DNA from: Deltaproteobacteria bacterium
Lineage (GTDB): Bacteria; Desulfobacterota; Deferrimicrobia; Deferrimicrobiales; Deferrimicrobiaceae
Length of the DNA: 64,000 nt
Assembly (NCBI GenBank): GCA_016234845.1
Contig: JACRNP010000090.1
Location: forward strand, 3,434 to 67,433
Reading direction: 5' to 3'
Part shown: one piece after another, positions 48,330 to 57,651 of the stretch
Numbering within the stretch: position 1 is the first letter of the stretch
Layout: every line of letters begins with the position of its first letter
Position numbers and translations under genes: made by a program
The notes under the pieces: generated by a model
What the model saw: only the letters and a program-made list of their open reading frames with translations
The model's database searches: none
Told to the model about the DNA's origin: nothing

Positions 48330-48861
48330 GCGGACGAAGGGGTTCGCGGTGTGGCTCACGGGGCTGCCCGCGTCGGGGAAAAGCACCGTCGCGCGGGCGC
48401 TCGCCGAGGCGCTGGAGGCGCGGGGCGTCCATCCGGCGGTTCTCGAATCCGACGCCGTGCGCAGGGTGGTCACCCCCGCCCCGACGTACTCGCCGGCCGA
48501 GAGGGACGCGTTCTACGCAACCCTCGGGTACCTGGCGCGAACGCTCGCGGAGCACGGCGTGGCGGTGATCGTGGACGCCACGGCGAACCGGAGGGAGTAC
48601 CGGGACCGGGCGAGGGCGGCGATCCCCGCGTTCTTCGAAGTCCACGTGAAATGCCCGCCCGACGTCTGCCGGACCCGCGACCCGAAGGGGATTTACCGAA
48701 GGGGCGAGGCAGGGACGGCCCCGAACGTTCCCGGGCTGTCCGCCCCGTACGAGCCGCCGCTTCGGCCCGAGCTCACGGTCGACGGGGAGAGGGAGTCGCC
48801 GGAGGACGCCGCGCGCAGGATCGTGGAGGCGATCGACGCGGCGGGCTGCCTGGCGCGCTAA
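48319..48861 (+). CDS. cysC: Adenylyl-sulfate (APS) kinase-like P-loop kinase.
   Basis: [51 protein letters not shown]... are collinear with the CysC GLSGSGKST / LDGDNVR / DPKGLYKKARAG motifs. It overlaps the preceding kinase gene by 11 nt. Confidence 0.7.
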   Translation: MRSERTKGFAVWLTGLPASGKSTVARALAEALEARGVHPAVLESDAVRRVVTPAPTYSPAERDAFYATLGYLARTLAEHGVAVIVDATANRREYRDRARAAIPAFFEVHVKCPPDVCRTRDPKGIYRRGEAGTAPNVPGLSAPYEPPLRPELTVDGERESPEDAARRIVEAIDAAGCLAR

Positions 48862-49400
48862 AGGACCTCGAGCGCGCCCTGGTACGTCGCGTAGGTGACC
48901 GGATCGTACAGGACGAACCGGACGCGGTACGGGGCGACGGCTTCGGTGGACAGGAACGACGCGACGGCTCCAAGCGCCACCGGGGCCGCCATCTCCGGCG
49001 GGTACCCGTAGATCCCCGTGCTGATCGACGGGAACGCCACGGTGTGGAGACCGAGGGTCGCGGCGATCCGGAGGGCGTTCCGGTAGCAGGAGGCGAGCAA
49101 CGCGGCTTCGCCGTGCTCCCCCCCCTGCCACACCGGACCGACGGCGTGGATCACGTGGCGGGCGTGGAGTCTGCCGCCTCCGGTCAGGACCGCCTCGCCC
49201 ACCGGGCAGTCGCCGCGGGCGGCCCGCAGGACCCGGCACTCCGCGAGGATCTCCGGCCCGCCGGCCTTGTGGATGGCCCCGTCGACTCCGCCGCCGCCGA
49301 GGAGGGACGGGTTCGCGGCGTTCACGATCGCGTCGACCTCCTGTCGCGTGATGTCGCCCAGGACGAGTTCGATCACTCTGCCGGAGACGGTTTTTTCCAT
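48858..49400 (-). CDS. Macro-domain protein (ADP-ribose / O-acetyl-ADP-ribose processing, YmdB-like).
   Basis: [18 protein letters not shown]...[13 protein letters not shown]...[12 protein letters not shown] macro-domain signature; 180 aa. Confidence 0.85.
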   Translation of the reverse strand: MEKTVSGRVIELVLGDITRQEVDAIVNAANPSLLGGGGVDGAIHKAGGPEILAECRVLRAARGDCPVGEAVLTGGGRLHARHVIHAVGPVWQGGEHGEAALLASCYRNALRIAATLGLHTVAFPSISTGIYGYPPEMAAPVALGAVASFLSTEAVAPYRVRFVLYDPVTYATYQGALEVL

Positions 49401-49434
49401 GGCGCATATTATACGATCAAACGCCGCGGAGGGG

Positions 49435-50678
49435 ATGGCCGACTCCCTCCGGCGTTCCCTCCGGAACCGCCCCGGTCTTCGGACGCTGCTTACGGCCGTA
49501 TCGAAGGCGGTCCGGGAGGCCGGCGGGAAGGTCTACCTCGCGGGCGGCTACCCGCGCGACCTGATGGAGGGGAAGGAGGCCGGGGACGCGGACCTCCTGG
49601 TCACCGGGCTCGGCCTCCGTCGGCTGGGGGCGCTTCTGCGGTCGCTCCCCGCTCGCGAAGCGGGCATCCGCGGCGTCGTGTCGGCGGGCCGGCATTTCCC
49701 GGTGCACCGGATCGCGCTGGAGCGGGAGAGAGGGTACGTCGACGTCTCCGCGGGCAGGACCGTCCCGGCGCAGGCGGAACGCGGGGCCGTCCCCCGGGGA
49801 GTCGCGGATCCGGAGGCGTACGCCGACGCGTCCCGCCGGGATTTCACGATCAACAGCCTTCTCTTTCCCGTTTCTCCCGGACGCGCGGCGCGGGACGGGA
49901 AACTGCTCGATTTCTTCGGCGGAGCGGACGACCTGCGCCGGAAGCGGATCCGATGCGTCGGGGATCCGGAGGACCGGTTCCGCGAAGACCCGGTGCGCAT
50001 GCTGCGGGCGGTGCGCGCGAAGAACGAACGAAGGGGATTCTCGATCGATCCGGCGACGGCGCGGGAGATCCGCCGCCTGGGGCCGACGCTGCTGCCCGGG
50101 CTACCGATGGACAGGGTTTCCGCCGAACTGGTCCGGACTCTCTCCGCGGACCCCGCCGGGTCGGTGGAGCGATCGGCCGCCCTCTCCCGATTCCGGTCCT
50201 GCTCGCGAACCTGTTCGCCGACCTCCCGGAACCTCCGCCGAGGGAAGCGTTGCGTCGCCTCCGGCTCCCCGCGGTCCGAAGCGTGTCGGCGATGCTGTCC
50301 GCGCTGGATATCTTGCGCCACCCGGAACGGTGCCGATACCCGCTGGCGGAAACCGAGGCGGTTCTCGCGCGCGCCGAAGATTCCCGGGCCCTTGCGGCCT
50401 TGTATCGATCGGTGATGAAGGAGTCGGGGCTGCGGCCGCGGAACCTGATCCTTTTCTCGAGGAAATGCGGCGCGACGCCGGTTTGGATCAACGGTTCATG
50501 GCTGGTCGACAATGGGTTTCCCGAGGGGCCGTCAAGAGAGGACGCCCTCCTTCGGGTAAGGGAGGCCTCCCTGTCCGGCGAAGTTCGCGGCAGGCGGGAG
50601 GCGGAAGCGCTCGCACGTTCGCTGGCAAGGAATATAATGGAGTCGGGTCCGGGCCGGAACGGAAAGGAGCCCTCATGA
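49435..50678 (+). pseudogene. CCA-adding tRNA nucleotidyltransferase / poly(A)-polymerase-family gene with an apparent +1 frameshift near 50190.
   Basis: Head domain GGYPRDLMEG...DADLLV...RRDFTINSL lies in one frame to about 50185. The protein-like continuation (PIPVLLANLFADLPEP...NGSWLVDNG...) lies in the +1 frame to 50678. The ATG at 49435 is preceded by GGAGGGG. Confidence 0.55.
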
Positions 50679-50995
50679 TCACCGCGGTCGCAAATCGAAT
50701 GGCCGTGATCGCGGTCCTTCTCGCGCTTCTGCTTCCATCCGGATGCGCGACGGCGCCGCCGGAGACGAAACCGGACGCTTCCTCTCCGTATACCGTCCGG
50801 ATCCCCGGCGCGGAACCGGTGGAGCTCGAGGCGACGACCGCCCCTCCCGCCCACCAACCCGAGCTTCCCCCCAACGACGCCGACGAGAAGAAGGGGCGCT
50901 GGCTCCGCGTGATCGAAGTGGAGCGCAATCCTAAACCGGCGGCGCCGGCAACCGGCGGGGAACCCGCCGCGCCCGCGGCCGCGCCCGGCAACTGA
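50675..50995 (+). CDS. Small lipoprotein.
   Basis: MITAVANRMAVIAVLLALLLPSGC signal peptide and lipobox; AAGGAG SD; the ATG overlaps the stop of the upstream gene (ATGA). Confidence 0.6.
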   Translation: MITAVANRMAVIAVLLALLLPSGCATAPPETKPDASSPYTVRIPGAEPVELEATTAPPAHQPELPPNDADEKKGRWLRVIEVERNPKPAAPATGGEPAAPAAAPGN

Positions 50996-51012
50996 TCATC
51001 GGGGGGGGAAGG

Positions 51013-52743
51013 TCAGCGGGACCGTCCGCCCTCGCCGCGCCCGCCGCCGCCGAAATCACCTCGGCCGCCGCCTCCGCCCCGATCGCCTCCGCCGCCGCGT
51101 TCGCCTCCTCCGCCGCGACCGCCGCCGATGCCCCGCTCGCCGCGGAGATCCCTGCCCGCGTCCCCGCCGCTCGGAGCGCGGACGGCCGGAGCCCGTTCCT
51201 CACGCGCGCGCTCACCGGCGTCGGCGGGAGTGCGGGACTGCACCCGGGGAACGGCCTCGGGCGTACGGGACGGCGTGCCCCCTTCGCGCGGCGCGCTCTC
51301 GGGCGGACGGGTCAGCGTCCGTCCCTCGCGCGGCGCCACGCCGCCGCGGCCGACATTCCGCTCGCGGTCCGCCTTCCCTTGCGTGACCGACCGGTCCCGC
51401 GGTACGCGGACCGGCCGTTCCATGGTTCGCGACGGCGGCGTCCTCACGACGGGCGCGGTCGATCCTCCCGTCCGCCCGCGCTCCACGACGGCGGGTCGCC
51501 CCATGGTCCGCTCGGGACGGATCCCCCGGTTATCGGGCCTCGGGTTCGCCTGTATCGCCTGCCGAACCGCGGTCTGGCGCTCCGCCCGGACCGCCGCCCA
51601 GTCGCGCCACTCGCGGCGATTGTCGCCCGCCCGCGTGAACACCCTCCCCGGTTCCAGCGGACGGTTCCATCGGGCGAGCCGGGAATCTCCGGGGCGGAAC
51701 TCCGCGCGGCGGAACCTCTCCCCCGGGCGCAACGGGACCCAGCGGACATCCCGCCCTTCCGGGACGAACCGGACCCTCGCGGAGTGGAAGAACACGTTGT
51801 GGTGGAAATGGCGGAACGACCCGAAGAAGAAATTGACCGACACGAACGAGTTGTACGGAGTCCAGAACCATCCGAAAACGGGATCGGAAAGCCAGTACCC
51901 GCACCGATACGGGTACCAGCCCCACGGCTCGTTCGATACCCACGTCCACCCGTACGGCGAGATCCAGACCCAGCGGCCGTACACGTACGGGGACCACCCC
52001 GCCGCGACCCTCGGACGCCACACGTACCCGTACGTCGGGACGGTGACCCACTCTCCGTAATCGGAAAGTTCGCTCGCCACCGTCGGCGGGACGTCGCCGT
52101 GCCGCGCCGATTCCGGAGGCGGGGAGGAAGCCGTGTAATCCGCGCCTCCGCCGCGATACCGGTCGATCGTGACGTCGCCGCCGATCGTCGCAACCTCCCC
52201 CTCCCGCAGCCGGAAATCGTCTCCGTCCTGCGTGACCGTCGCCGCTCCCCGGCGGACGACCAGGCGGGTCTCGTCGACGTCGGTGACGGTCAGCCAGAAC
52301 CTGCCCGGCCCGGGAAAGTGGGTGCGACCGCCGCCCGGAATCCGGACGGTCACCGGCGCGAAATCGTCATCGGGGAGGTCGAACCGGATCTCTCCGGCCC
52401 GCAGGCGGAAGGTGGATTTCCCCTCCTGGGCGTCCCGCAGCTCGAGGTCGGTTCCCGACGTCAACAGGACGAACTGTGAGCCGTGGAACTGCAGCTCCGC
52501 CTCGGAGCCTTCCGGCACGCTGATCCGGCTCCGGGGCGGAAGCGGCGCGTTGCTCGGGAACTCCTGCCACTCCCCCTCGTCCGCCAGGCGGACCCCCACC
52601 GACCCGGCCAGAACCTTCAGGCGGGCGACGGAGTAGGCGGGGATTCCCGCGTCATCCCCCTCGCGGTCTTCCGCACCGGCGGGAAACGCGAACGACAGGA
52701 CGAAAACGACGATCGCCGACAGGATACGGACAGCGCGTTTCAT
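51013..52743 (-). CDS. Secreted FecR-domain protein with a Trp-rich repeat region and a Gly/Arg-rich C-terminal tail.
   Basis: Signal peptide (MKRAVRILSAIVVFVLSFAFPAGA), a FecR-like beta domain, the Trp-rich segment [40 protein letters not shown], and a terminal GGGRGGGGERGGGGDRGGGGGRGDFGGGGRGEGG. Confidence 0.7.
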   Translation of the reverse strand: MKRAVRILSAIVVFVLSFAFPAGAEDREGDDAGIPAYSVARLKVLAGSVGVRLADEGEWQEFPSNAPLPPRSRISVPEGSEAELQFHGSQFVLLTSGTDLELRDAQEGKSTFRLRAGEIRFDLPDDDFAPVTVRIPGGGRTHFPGPGRFWLTVTDVDETRLVVRRGAATVTQDGDDFRLREGEVATIGGDVTIDRYRGGGADYTASSPPPESARHGDVPPTVASELSDYGEWVTVPTYGYVWRPRVAAGWSPYVYGRWVWISPYGWTWVSNEPWGWYPYRCGYWLSDPVFGWFWTPYNSFVSVNFFFGSFRHFHHNVFFHSARVRFVPEGRDVRWVPLRPGERFRRAEFRPGDSRLARWNRPLEPGRVFTRAGDNRREWRDWAAVRAERQTAVRQAIQANPRPDNRGIRPERTMGRPAVVERGRTGGSTAPVVRTPPSRTMERPVRVPRDRSVTQGKADRERNVGRGGVAPREGRTLTRPPESAPREGGTPSRTPEAVPRVQSRTPADAGERAREERAPAVRAPSGGDAGRDLRGERGIGGGRGGGGERGGGGDRGGGGGRGDFGGGGRGEGGRSR

Positions 52744-52852
52744 GGCGTGTACCTCCCGCTTTCCTTACACGTTAGACGCGCCGGGGTACGACGAATATTC
52801 ACCCCCGTACTGCTATACTTGACCCTCTTATACCACGACGGGGAGCACCGAC

Positions 52853-53560
52853 TTGTACCGACTCACCGAGCGGAACCGCACCATCGGGGAGATGTTCTCC
52901 GGGATCGCCCCGAGGTACGACTTCCTGAACCGGCTCCTGTCCCTGGGGGTGGACCGGGGATGGCGGCGCCGCGCCGTGGCGGAGATGATCCCCTTGCGCG
53001 GGGGCCGGCACCTCGACGTGGCCACGGGAACGGCGGACATGGCGCTGGAGGTCGTTCGTCAGAAGGGAGGGGAGGCCGCCGTCGCGGCCGCGGACATCTC
53101 CCTCGAGATGATGCGGATCGGGCGGGAGAAGTGCCGCAAGGGGGGATCCGCGGCGCGGGTCGCCTTCGTCCGGGCACCGGGGGAATCGCTCCCGTTCCGC
53201 GACGGGACGTTCGATTCGGCGTGCGTCGCCTTCGGCATCCGGAACGTCGTGGACCGCGAGCGGGGCCTGGGAGAGATGTGCCGCGTCGTCCGCGCCGGCG
53301 GGCGCGTCGTGGTGCTCGAGTTCTCCTCGCCCGAAGGGACCTTCTTCGGGGCTCTCTACCGGTTCTACTTCACTCGGGTCCTTCCGGCGGTCGCCGGGCT
53401 CTTCTCCCGCCGGTCGGCGTACCGGTACCTTCCGGAATCGGTCCTGGCGTTCCCCTCGCCCGCCGACTTCGAGGCGATGATGCGGGCCGCCGGCTGCCGG
53501 TCGGTCTCCCGCCGCCCGCTGACCCTCGGGATCGTGACCCTGTACGTCGGAGTCCGCTAG
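52853..53560 (+). CDS. ubiE: Demethylmenaquinone/ubiquinone C-methyltransferase.
   Basis: [19 protein letters not shown] and a SAM motif ([11 protein letters not shown]); probable TTG start with GGGGAG 7 nt upstream. Confidence 0.8.
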   Translation: MYRLTERNRTIGEMFSGIAPRYDFLNRLLSLGVDRGWRRRAVAEMIPLRGGRHLDVATGTADMALEVVRQKGGEAAVAAADISLEMMRIGREKCRKGGSAARVAFVRAPGESLPFRDGTFDSACVAFGIRNVVDRERGLGEMCRVVRAGGRVVVLEFSSPEGTFFGALYRFYFTRVLPAVAGLFSRRSAYRYLPESVLAFPSPADFEAMMRAAGCRSVSRRPLTLGIVTLYVGVR

Positions 53561-54537
53561 ATCGTCGCGGGCCCGTCCGCGTCGAACCACCCTTCGAACA
53601 GCGCCGTGGTCATGTACCGTTCCCCAGCGTCCGGCAGGATCGCCACGATCGTCTTTCCCGCGAACTCGGGGAGTTTCGCCAGGCGGACGGCCACCGCCGC
53701 CGCGGCCCCGCAGGAGATGCCGGAGAGAAACCCCTCCTCCCGCGCCAGGCGCCGCGCGAACGCGATGGATTCGTCGTTGGACACCGTCTCCACGCGGTCG
53801 ACGAGCGACAGGTCCAGCACGTCCGGGATGAATCCCGCGCCGATCCCCTGGATCTTGTGGGGCCCCGGCGCCAGCGGCTGTCCGTTGCGCTTCTGCGTGA
53901 TCACCGGGCTGTGCACCGGCTCCACCGCCACCGAGACGATCTTCTTCCCCTTCGTATTCTTGATGTAGCGGGACACTCCGGTGATCGTCCCCCCGGTGCC
54001 CACGCCGGACACGAGGACGTCGATGGCCCCCCCGGAAGCCTCCCAGATCTCCGGCCCGGTGGTCGCCTCGTGCACGGCGGGATTCGCGGGGTTCTTGAAC
54101 TGCTGGGGCATGAAGTAATTCTTCGGGTCGGAGGCGACGATCTGCTCGGCCTTCTCGATGGCGCCCTTCATCCCCTTGGCCCCCTCCGTGAGCACGAGCT
54201 TGGCCCCGAACGCCTTCAGCACCTGGCGGCGCTCGACGCTCATCGTCTCGGGCATCGTGAGGATCACCCCGTACCCGCGGGCCGCGGCGACGAACGCAAG
54301 GGCGATCCCGGTGTTGCCCGACGTCGGCTCCACGATGGTCTTCCCGGGGCCGAGCAGCCCCCGCTTCTCCGCGTCCCACACCATCGACGCGCCGATCCGG
54401 CACTTCACGGAGTACGACGGGTTGCGCCCCTCCACCTTCGCGAGCACGGTCGCGCCCGCTCCGTCCGTTATCCGGTTGAGCTTCACGAGCGGCGTGTTTC
54501 CGATCGACAGGGAATTGTCCGCAAACCAGGTCGCCAT
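53557..54537 (-). CDS. cysK: Cysteine synthase A (O-acetylserine sulfhydrylase).
   Basis: PLP-lysine motif ([11 protein letters not shown]), [20 protein letters not shown]; 326 aa. Confidence 0.9.
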   Translation of the reverse strand: MATWFADNSLSIGNTPLVKLNRITDGAGATVLAKVEGRNPSYSVKCRIGASMVWDAEKRGLLGPGKTIVEPTSGNTGIALAFVAAARGYGVILTMPETMSVERRQVLKAFGAKLVLTEGAKGMKGAIEKAEQIVASDPKNYFMPQQFKNPANPAVHEATTGPEIWEASGGAIDVLVSGVGTGGTITGVSRYIKNTKGKKIVSVAVEPVHSPVITQKRNGQPLAPGPHKIQGIGAGFIPDVLDLSLVDRVETVSNDESIAFARRLAREEGFLSGISCGAAAAVAVRLAKLPEFAGKTIVAILPDAGERYMTTALFEGWFDADGPATI

Positions 54538-54646
54538 CGCTATCCTCCTTAATGTCTATAGTTTATATAGTATTTACCGCTCCTCCCCCCTGTCAAGACA
54601 AATGTTTCCGCTTTTCTTTTCCGATCGGAACCCCTATTTTCAATCG

Positions 54647-55231
54647 ATGGAAATCCGAAGGCTCTGCGTGTTCTGCAGTTCGAGCGACCGCCTCCCGGAG
54701 CGGTTCCGCGCGGAAACGCGCGCGCTGGGGGAACGGATGGCGGATCGGGGGATGGAGCTGGTCTACGGCGGCGGCTCGGTCGGGTTGATGGGGGTCCTCG
54801 CGGACGCGGTCCTTGCGGGCGGCGGAAAGGTGACCGGCGTCATCCCGGGTTTCCTCTCGACGAAGGAGCTCGCGCACTTCGGGCTCACGAAGATGATCGT
54901 CACGCGCTCCATGCACGAGAGGAAGCAGGAGATGAGCCGCCTGGCCGACGCGTTCGCCATCCTTCCGGGCGGCTTCGGCACGCTGGACGAATTCTTCGAG
55001 ATCCTCACCTGGAAGCAGCTCGGGCTGCACTCCCGCCCGATCGTCGTCGCAAACTCGGGGAGATGGTTCGATCCGCTGATGGAATATTGCCGCCGCGCGG
55101 TGGAGTCGGGGGCGGTGACGCAGGAGAACGCGGAGCTGTTCACCGTGGTGAAACGCGCGCCGGACATCGTCGACTGCCTGGTCCGGAAACGGTCGGCGCC
55201 GTCGGCCGCGAAGCGGCTGTCCCGCTCCTGA
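54647..55231 (+). CDS. LOG-family (TIGR00730) cytokinin-riboside-5'-monophosphate phosphoribohydrolase-like protein.
   Basis: VFCSSS...VYGGGSVGLMG...PGGFGTLDE signature; start at MEIRRL. Confidence 0.75.
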   Translation: MEIRRLCVFCSSSDRLPERFRAETRALGERMADRGMELVYGGGSVGLMGVLADAVLAGGGKVTGVIPGFLSTKELAHFGLTKMIVTRSMHERKQEMSRLADAFAILPGGFGTLDEFFEILTWKQLGLHSRPIVVANSGRWFDPLMEYCRRAVESGAVTQENAELFTVVKRAPDIVDCLVRKRSAPSAAKRLSRS

Positions 55232-55234
55232 CCG

Positions 55235-56074
55235 TCATTCCGGCGGCATCGCCCCCGGGTCCCTGTTCCGCAGCAGGTAGCGGATGACGGAGGAGGCGAA
55301 GACGACCAGGAAGTGCGCCTCCCCCGGATCGAGCGGTTCCGGCGGCTCCCCTTCCCCCTCGACGGGAAGGCCGGAAAGCCGGTGCGCCCGCCGCAGGATC
55401 TCCTCGATCCCCCTCGCGAGGGGCGCCGGGATCCGGGCCGCCTCGGCCGCCGGGGCGATCGACCCGACGACGACGGCGGGGACGGGTCCGCCCGGGCCGG
55501 CGGACCGGGTCGCGGCGTCCAGGGTTACGGCCGCCACCGCGAGGAGCGCTTCCCGTACGGCGCCCCGGGTTTCCGGATCCGGGCGCCGCGAGAGGTAGGC
55601 GATCGCGGTGTCCAGGTGCCGGCCCGCGGCGGCGAGGTCGAAAAGGCGCACCGCTTCCTCCGCCTCGGCCACCTCGTCGAATCCCATCAGGTCCTGGTAC
55701 GGCCGGAACCGGTCGTGGAACAGCCGCACCGCGGCCCCTTCCCTCTCGAGAAGCTCGTTCACTCCCCGGCGGATCAGCTTCCGGTCGACCTCCTTCAGCC
55801 CCGCGTGCTCGTCCGCGAGAAGAAACTCGAACAGATCGTACAACCGGTGATCGGGAAGGGAGAGAAACCGCTCCTTGAGCGCGAGCCGGGAGGCGTCGTT
55901 GTCGGCGAGCGGCAGTTCGTCGATCGGCTCCTTGAAAAACGCGACGCACGCCCCCCGCAGCACGGTGGTCCACGCCACCCGGGAGAAATCGGTGGAGGCG
56001 ACCACCCGGAAGAGGAGGTTCCAGAGGGAGTTCCGCAGGGCCGTTCCCGCAGCGCCATCCTTTTCTCCGGTCAT
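55235..56074 (-). CDS. Hypothetical protein.
   Basis: Protein-like composition starting from MTGEKDG; no family recognised from sequence alone. Confidence 0.4.
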   Translation of the reverse strand: MTGEKDGAAGTALRNSLWNLLFRVVASTDFSRVAWTTVLRGACVAFFKEPIDELPLADNDASRLALKERFLSLPDHRLYDLFEFLLADEHAGLKEVDRKLIRRGVNELLEREGAAVRLFHDRFRPYQDLMGFDEVAEAEEAVRLFDLAAAGRHLDTAIAYLSRRPDPETRGAVREALLAVAAVTLDAATRSAGPGGPVPAVVVGSIAPAAEAARIPAPLARGIEEILRRAHRLSGLPVEGEGEPPEPLDPGEAHFLVVFASSVIRYLLRNRDPGAMPPE

Positions 56075-56167
56075 GCGGTGGATTATAGACCGAAAAAACG
56101 GAAACGCCCCGGGGGGATGTCCCCGGGGCGCCCACCGGTTGGGTTGACTCACGCCGACACGCGCTCC

Positions 56168-56584
56168 CTACCCCCTCTCCTCCCAGTGCCCGGGGATCCA
56201 GACCTGCGTCCTCACCCGCTCGTAATGGCCCGGGACCCAGACGCGCCGTCCGCTTCGGTATCCGTCGTCGTCCTCGTCGTCGTCGTCCCCGCGGTGGGAG
56301 TACCGTTCGATCTCCCAGTGCCCCGGGACCCACGCGCGCTCGTACCGCGTCTCGTACCGGCCGGGGACCCAGACCTGCTCGGGCGGGGGAGCGTAATACG
56401 TCCGCGGGGGAGGGGCGTAGACCGGTTCGTACGCATGGGAGTGCGCGATGGCGTTGCCGAGGATGTGCAGCCCGATCACTCCGGTGAGGACCTTCCCGGC
56501 AACCGACCAGCCGCCGTCGGCCGAGGCGGCCATGGGGGCCGCGAGGAGCGCGACGGCCAGGGTGATGGCGATCAGCTTCTTCAT
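56168..56584 (-). CDS. Small secreted WXXGXW-repeat protein.
   Basis: Signal peptide MKKLIAITLAVALLAAPMAASA; repeats VWVPGRYE / AWVPGHWE / VWVPGHYE / VWIPGHWE; an acidic D/E stretch; AGGAGG SD. Confidence 0.65.
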   Translation of the reverse strand: MKKLIAITLAVALLAAPMAASADGGWSVAGKVLTGVIGLHILGNAIAHSHAYEPVYAPPPRTYYAPPPEQVWVPGRYETRYERAWVPGHWEIERYSHRGDDDDEDDDGYRSGRRVWVPGHYERVRTQVWIPGHWEERG

Positions 56585-56725
56585 GATCTCTCTCCTCCTT
56601 CGTCGTCCCGGGGAGCCTCGCCGGCCGTCCCCGGCGGTCGATATCCCGTCCGTACCCATCCGACGAAGGAGGGGTTCCCGTTATTCAGCGGGGGAGAGGT
56701 TTTCCGGGGAGCCGGCGCGGAGCGT

Positions 56726-57184
56726 TCATTCGGCGGAGATGAGGAGGATCAGGACACCGGACTGGTGGGAAGGCCCCCCGACCAGCACCATCCCCCCCCG
56801 GGTGAGCCCCAGGGTGGTCGTCAGGAGGTTCCTCCCGCCTTCCTGGATCTGGACGGAAAGGCGGACCTTGTTCCCCTGCGCGGGGAGCGGCGTGACGCGC
56901 ATCGAGCGGCGACCGGGAAGCTCGAAGTCCCCGGTCTCCCCGACGGACAGGGAGCGCCGCTTCCGGTCGAGCATCCGGTAGGAAGAGTAGTTGAACATCG
57001 ATCGGAGCTTCCCCCGGATGTTTTCCAGGGCGGGATCGATCGACGATCCCTCGTTGGAGGCGTACACCGATCCGATGTCGACGGAGACGGTACCCGGAGC
57101 GGCGGAGGCCGTGGAAGCCGCGACCAGGAGGAGCAGGACTACGCTGACGGCGGCGGCCAGCCGCCCGGGGCTAGGACTTGGCAT
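56726..57184 (-). CDS. Secreted hypothetical protein encoded downstream of the anti-sigma factor gene.
   Basis: Signal peptide (AAAVSVVLLLLVAASTASA); overlaps the anti-sigma gene stop by 14 nt. Confidence 0.5.
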   Translation of the reverse strand: MPSPSPGRLAAAVSVVLLLLVAASTASAAPGTVSVDIGSVYASNEGSSIDPALENIRGKLRSMFNYSSYRMLDRKRRSLSVGETGDFELPGRRSMRVTPLPAQGNKVRLSVQIQEGGRNLLTTTLGLTRGGMVLVGGPSHQSGVLILLISAE

Positions 57185-57644
57185 CTTCGATGATCCAGAT
57201 CACCCTGGGCAGCTCCTCCCCCTTGTCGACGAGCGCGACGGTGGCCACGTCGGACTCCACGTCCTCGACGGCGACGTCGAAGTGGCGCGGATTGAACGGC
57301 GGCCGATCCGCTCCCGTAGGGTAGAACAGCAGGGCGAAAACGGCAAGCGCCAGGGCCGCGGGAAGCCACGCCCACCGCCAAGCGAGGGAGCGCGCGGGCT
57401 TCCTCCCCCGCTCCGCGATCCCCGCGCGGACGCGCGTCCACAGCACGTCGAGCTGCGGCGCCTTTTCCTCCGCCCGCAGGACGGCCAGGGAGCGAAGCAG
57501 CGGTCCCACCGCCATCGTGCGCGCGTTCTCCGCCGCGCACTCCGCGCACGCGGACAGGTGCGCGTCGAGTTCGGTCGAACACGACGGGGGGAGAGCCCCG
57601 TCGGCCCGTTCCGCGATCCGGTCGAGAGCCGTCCTGCAGTCCAT
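57171..57644 (-). CDS. zf-HC2 anti-sigma factor (membrane-spanning).
   Basis: HLSACAECAAE zinc-finger motif and one TM helix (WAWLPAALALAVFALLF); located directly after the ECF sigma factor gene. Confidence 0.7.
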   Translation of the reverse strand: MDCRTALDRIAERADGALPPSCSTELDAHLSACAECAAENARTMAVGPLLRSLAVLRAEEKAPQLDVLWTRVRAGIAERGRKPARSLAWRWAWLPAALALAVFALLFYPTGADRPPFNPRHFDVAVEDVESDVATVALVDKGEELPRVIWIIEDAKS

Positions 57645-57651
57645 CTCGTCC

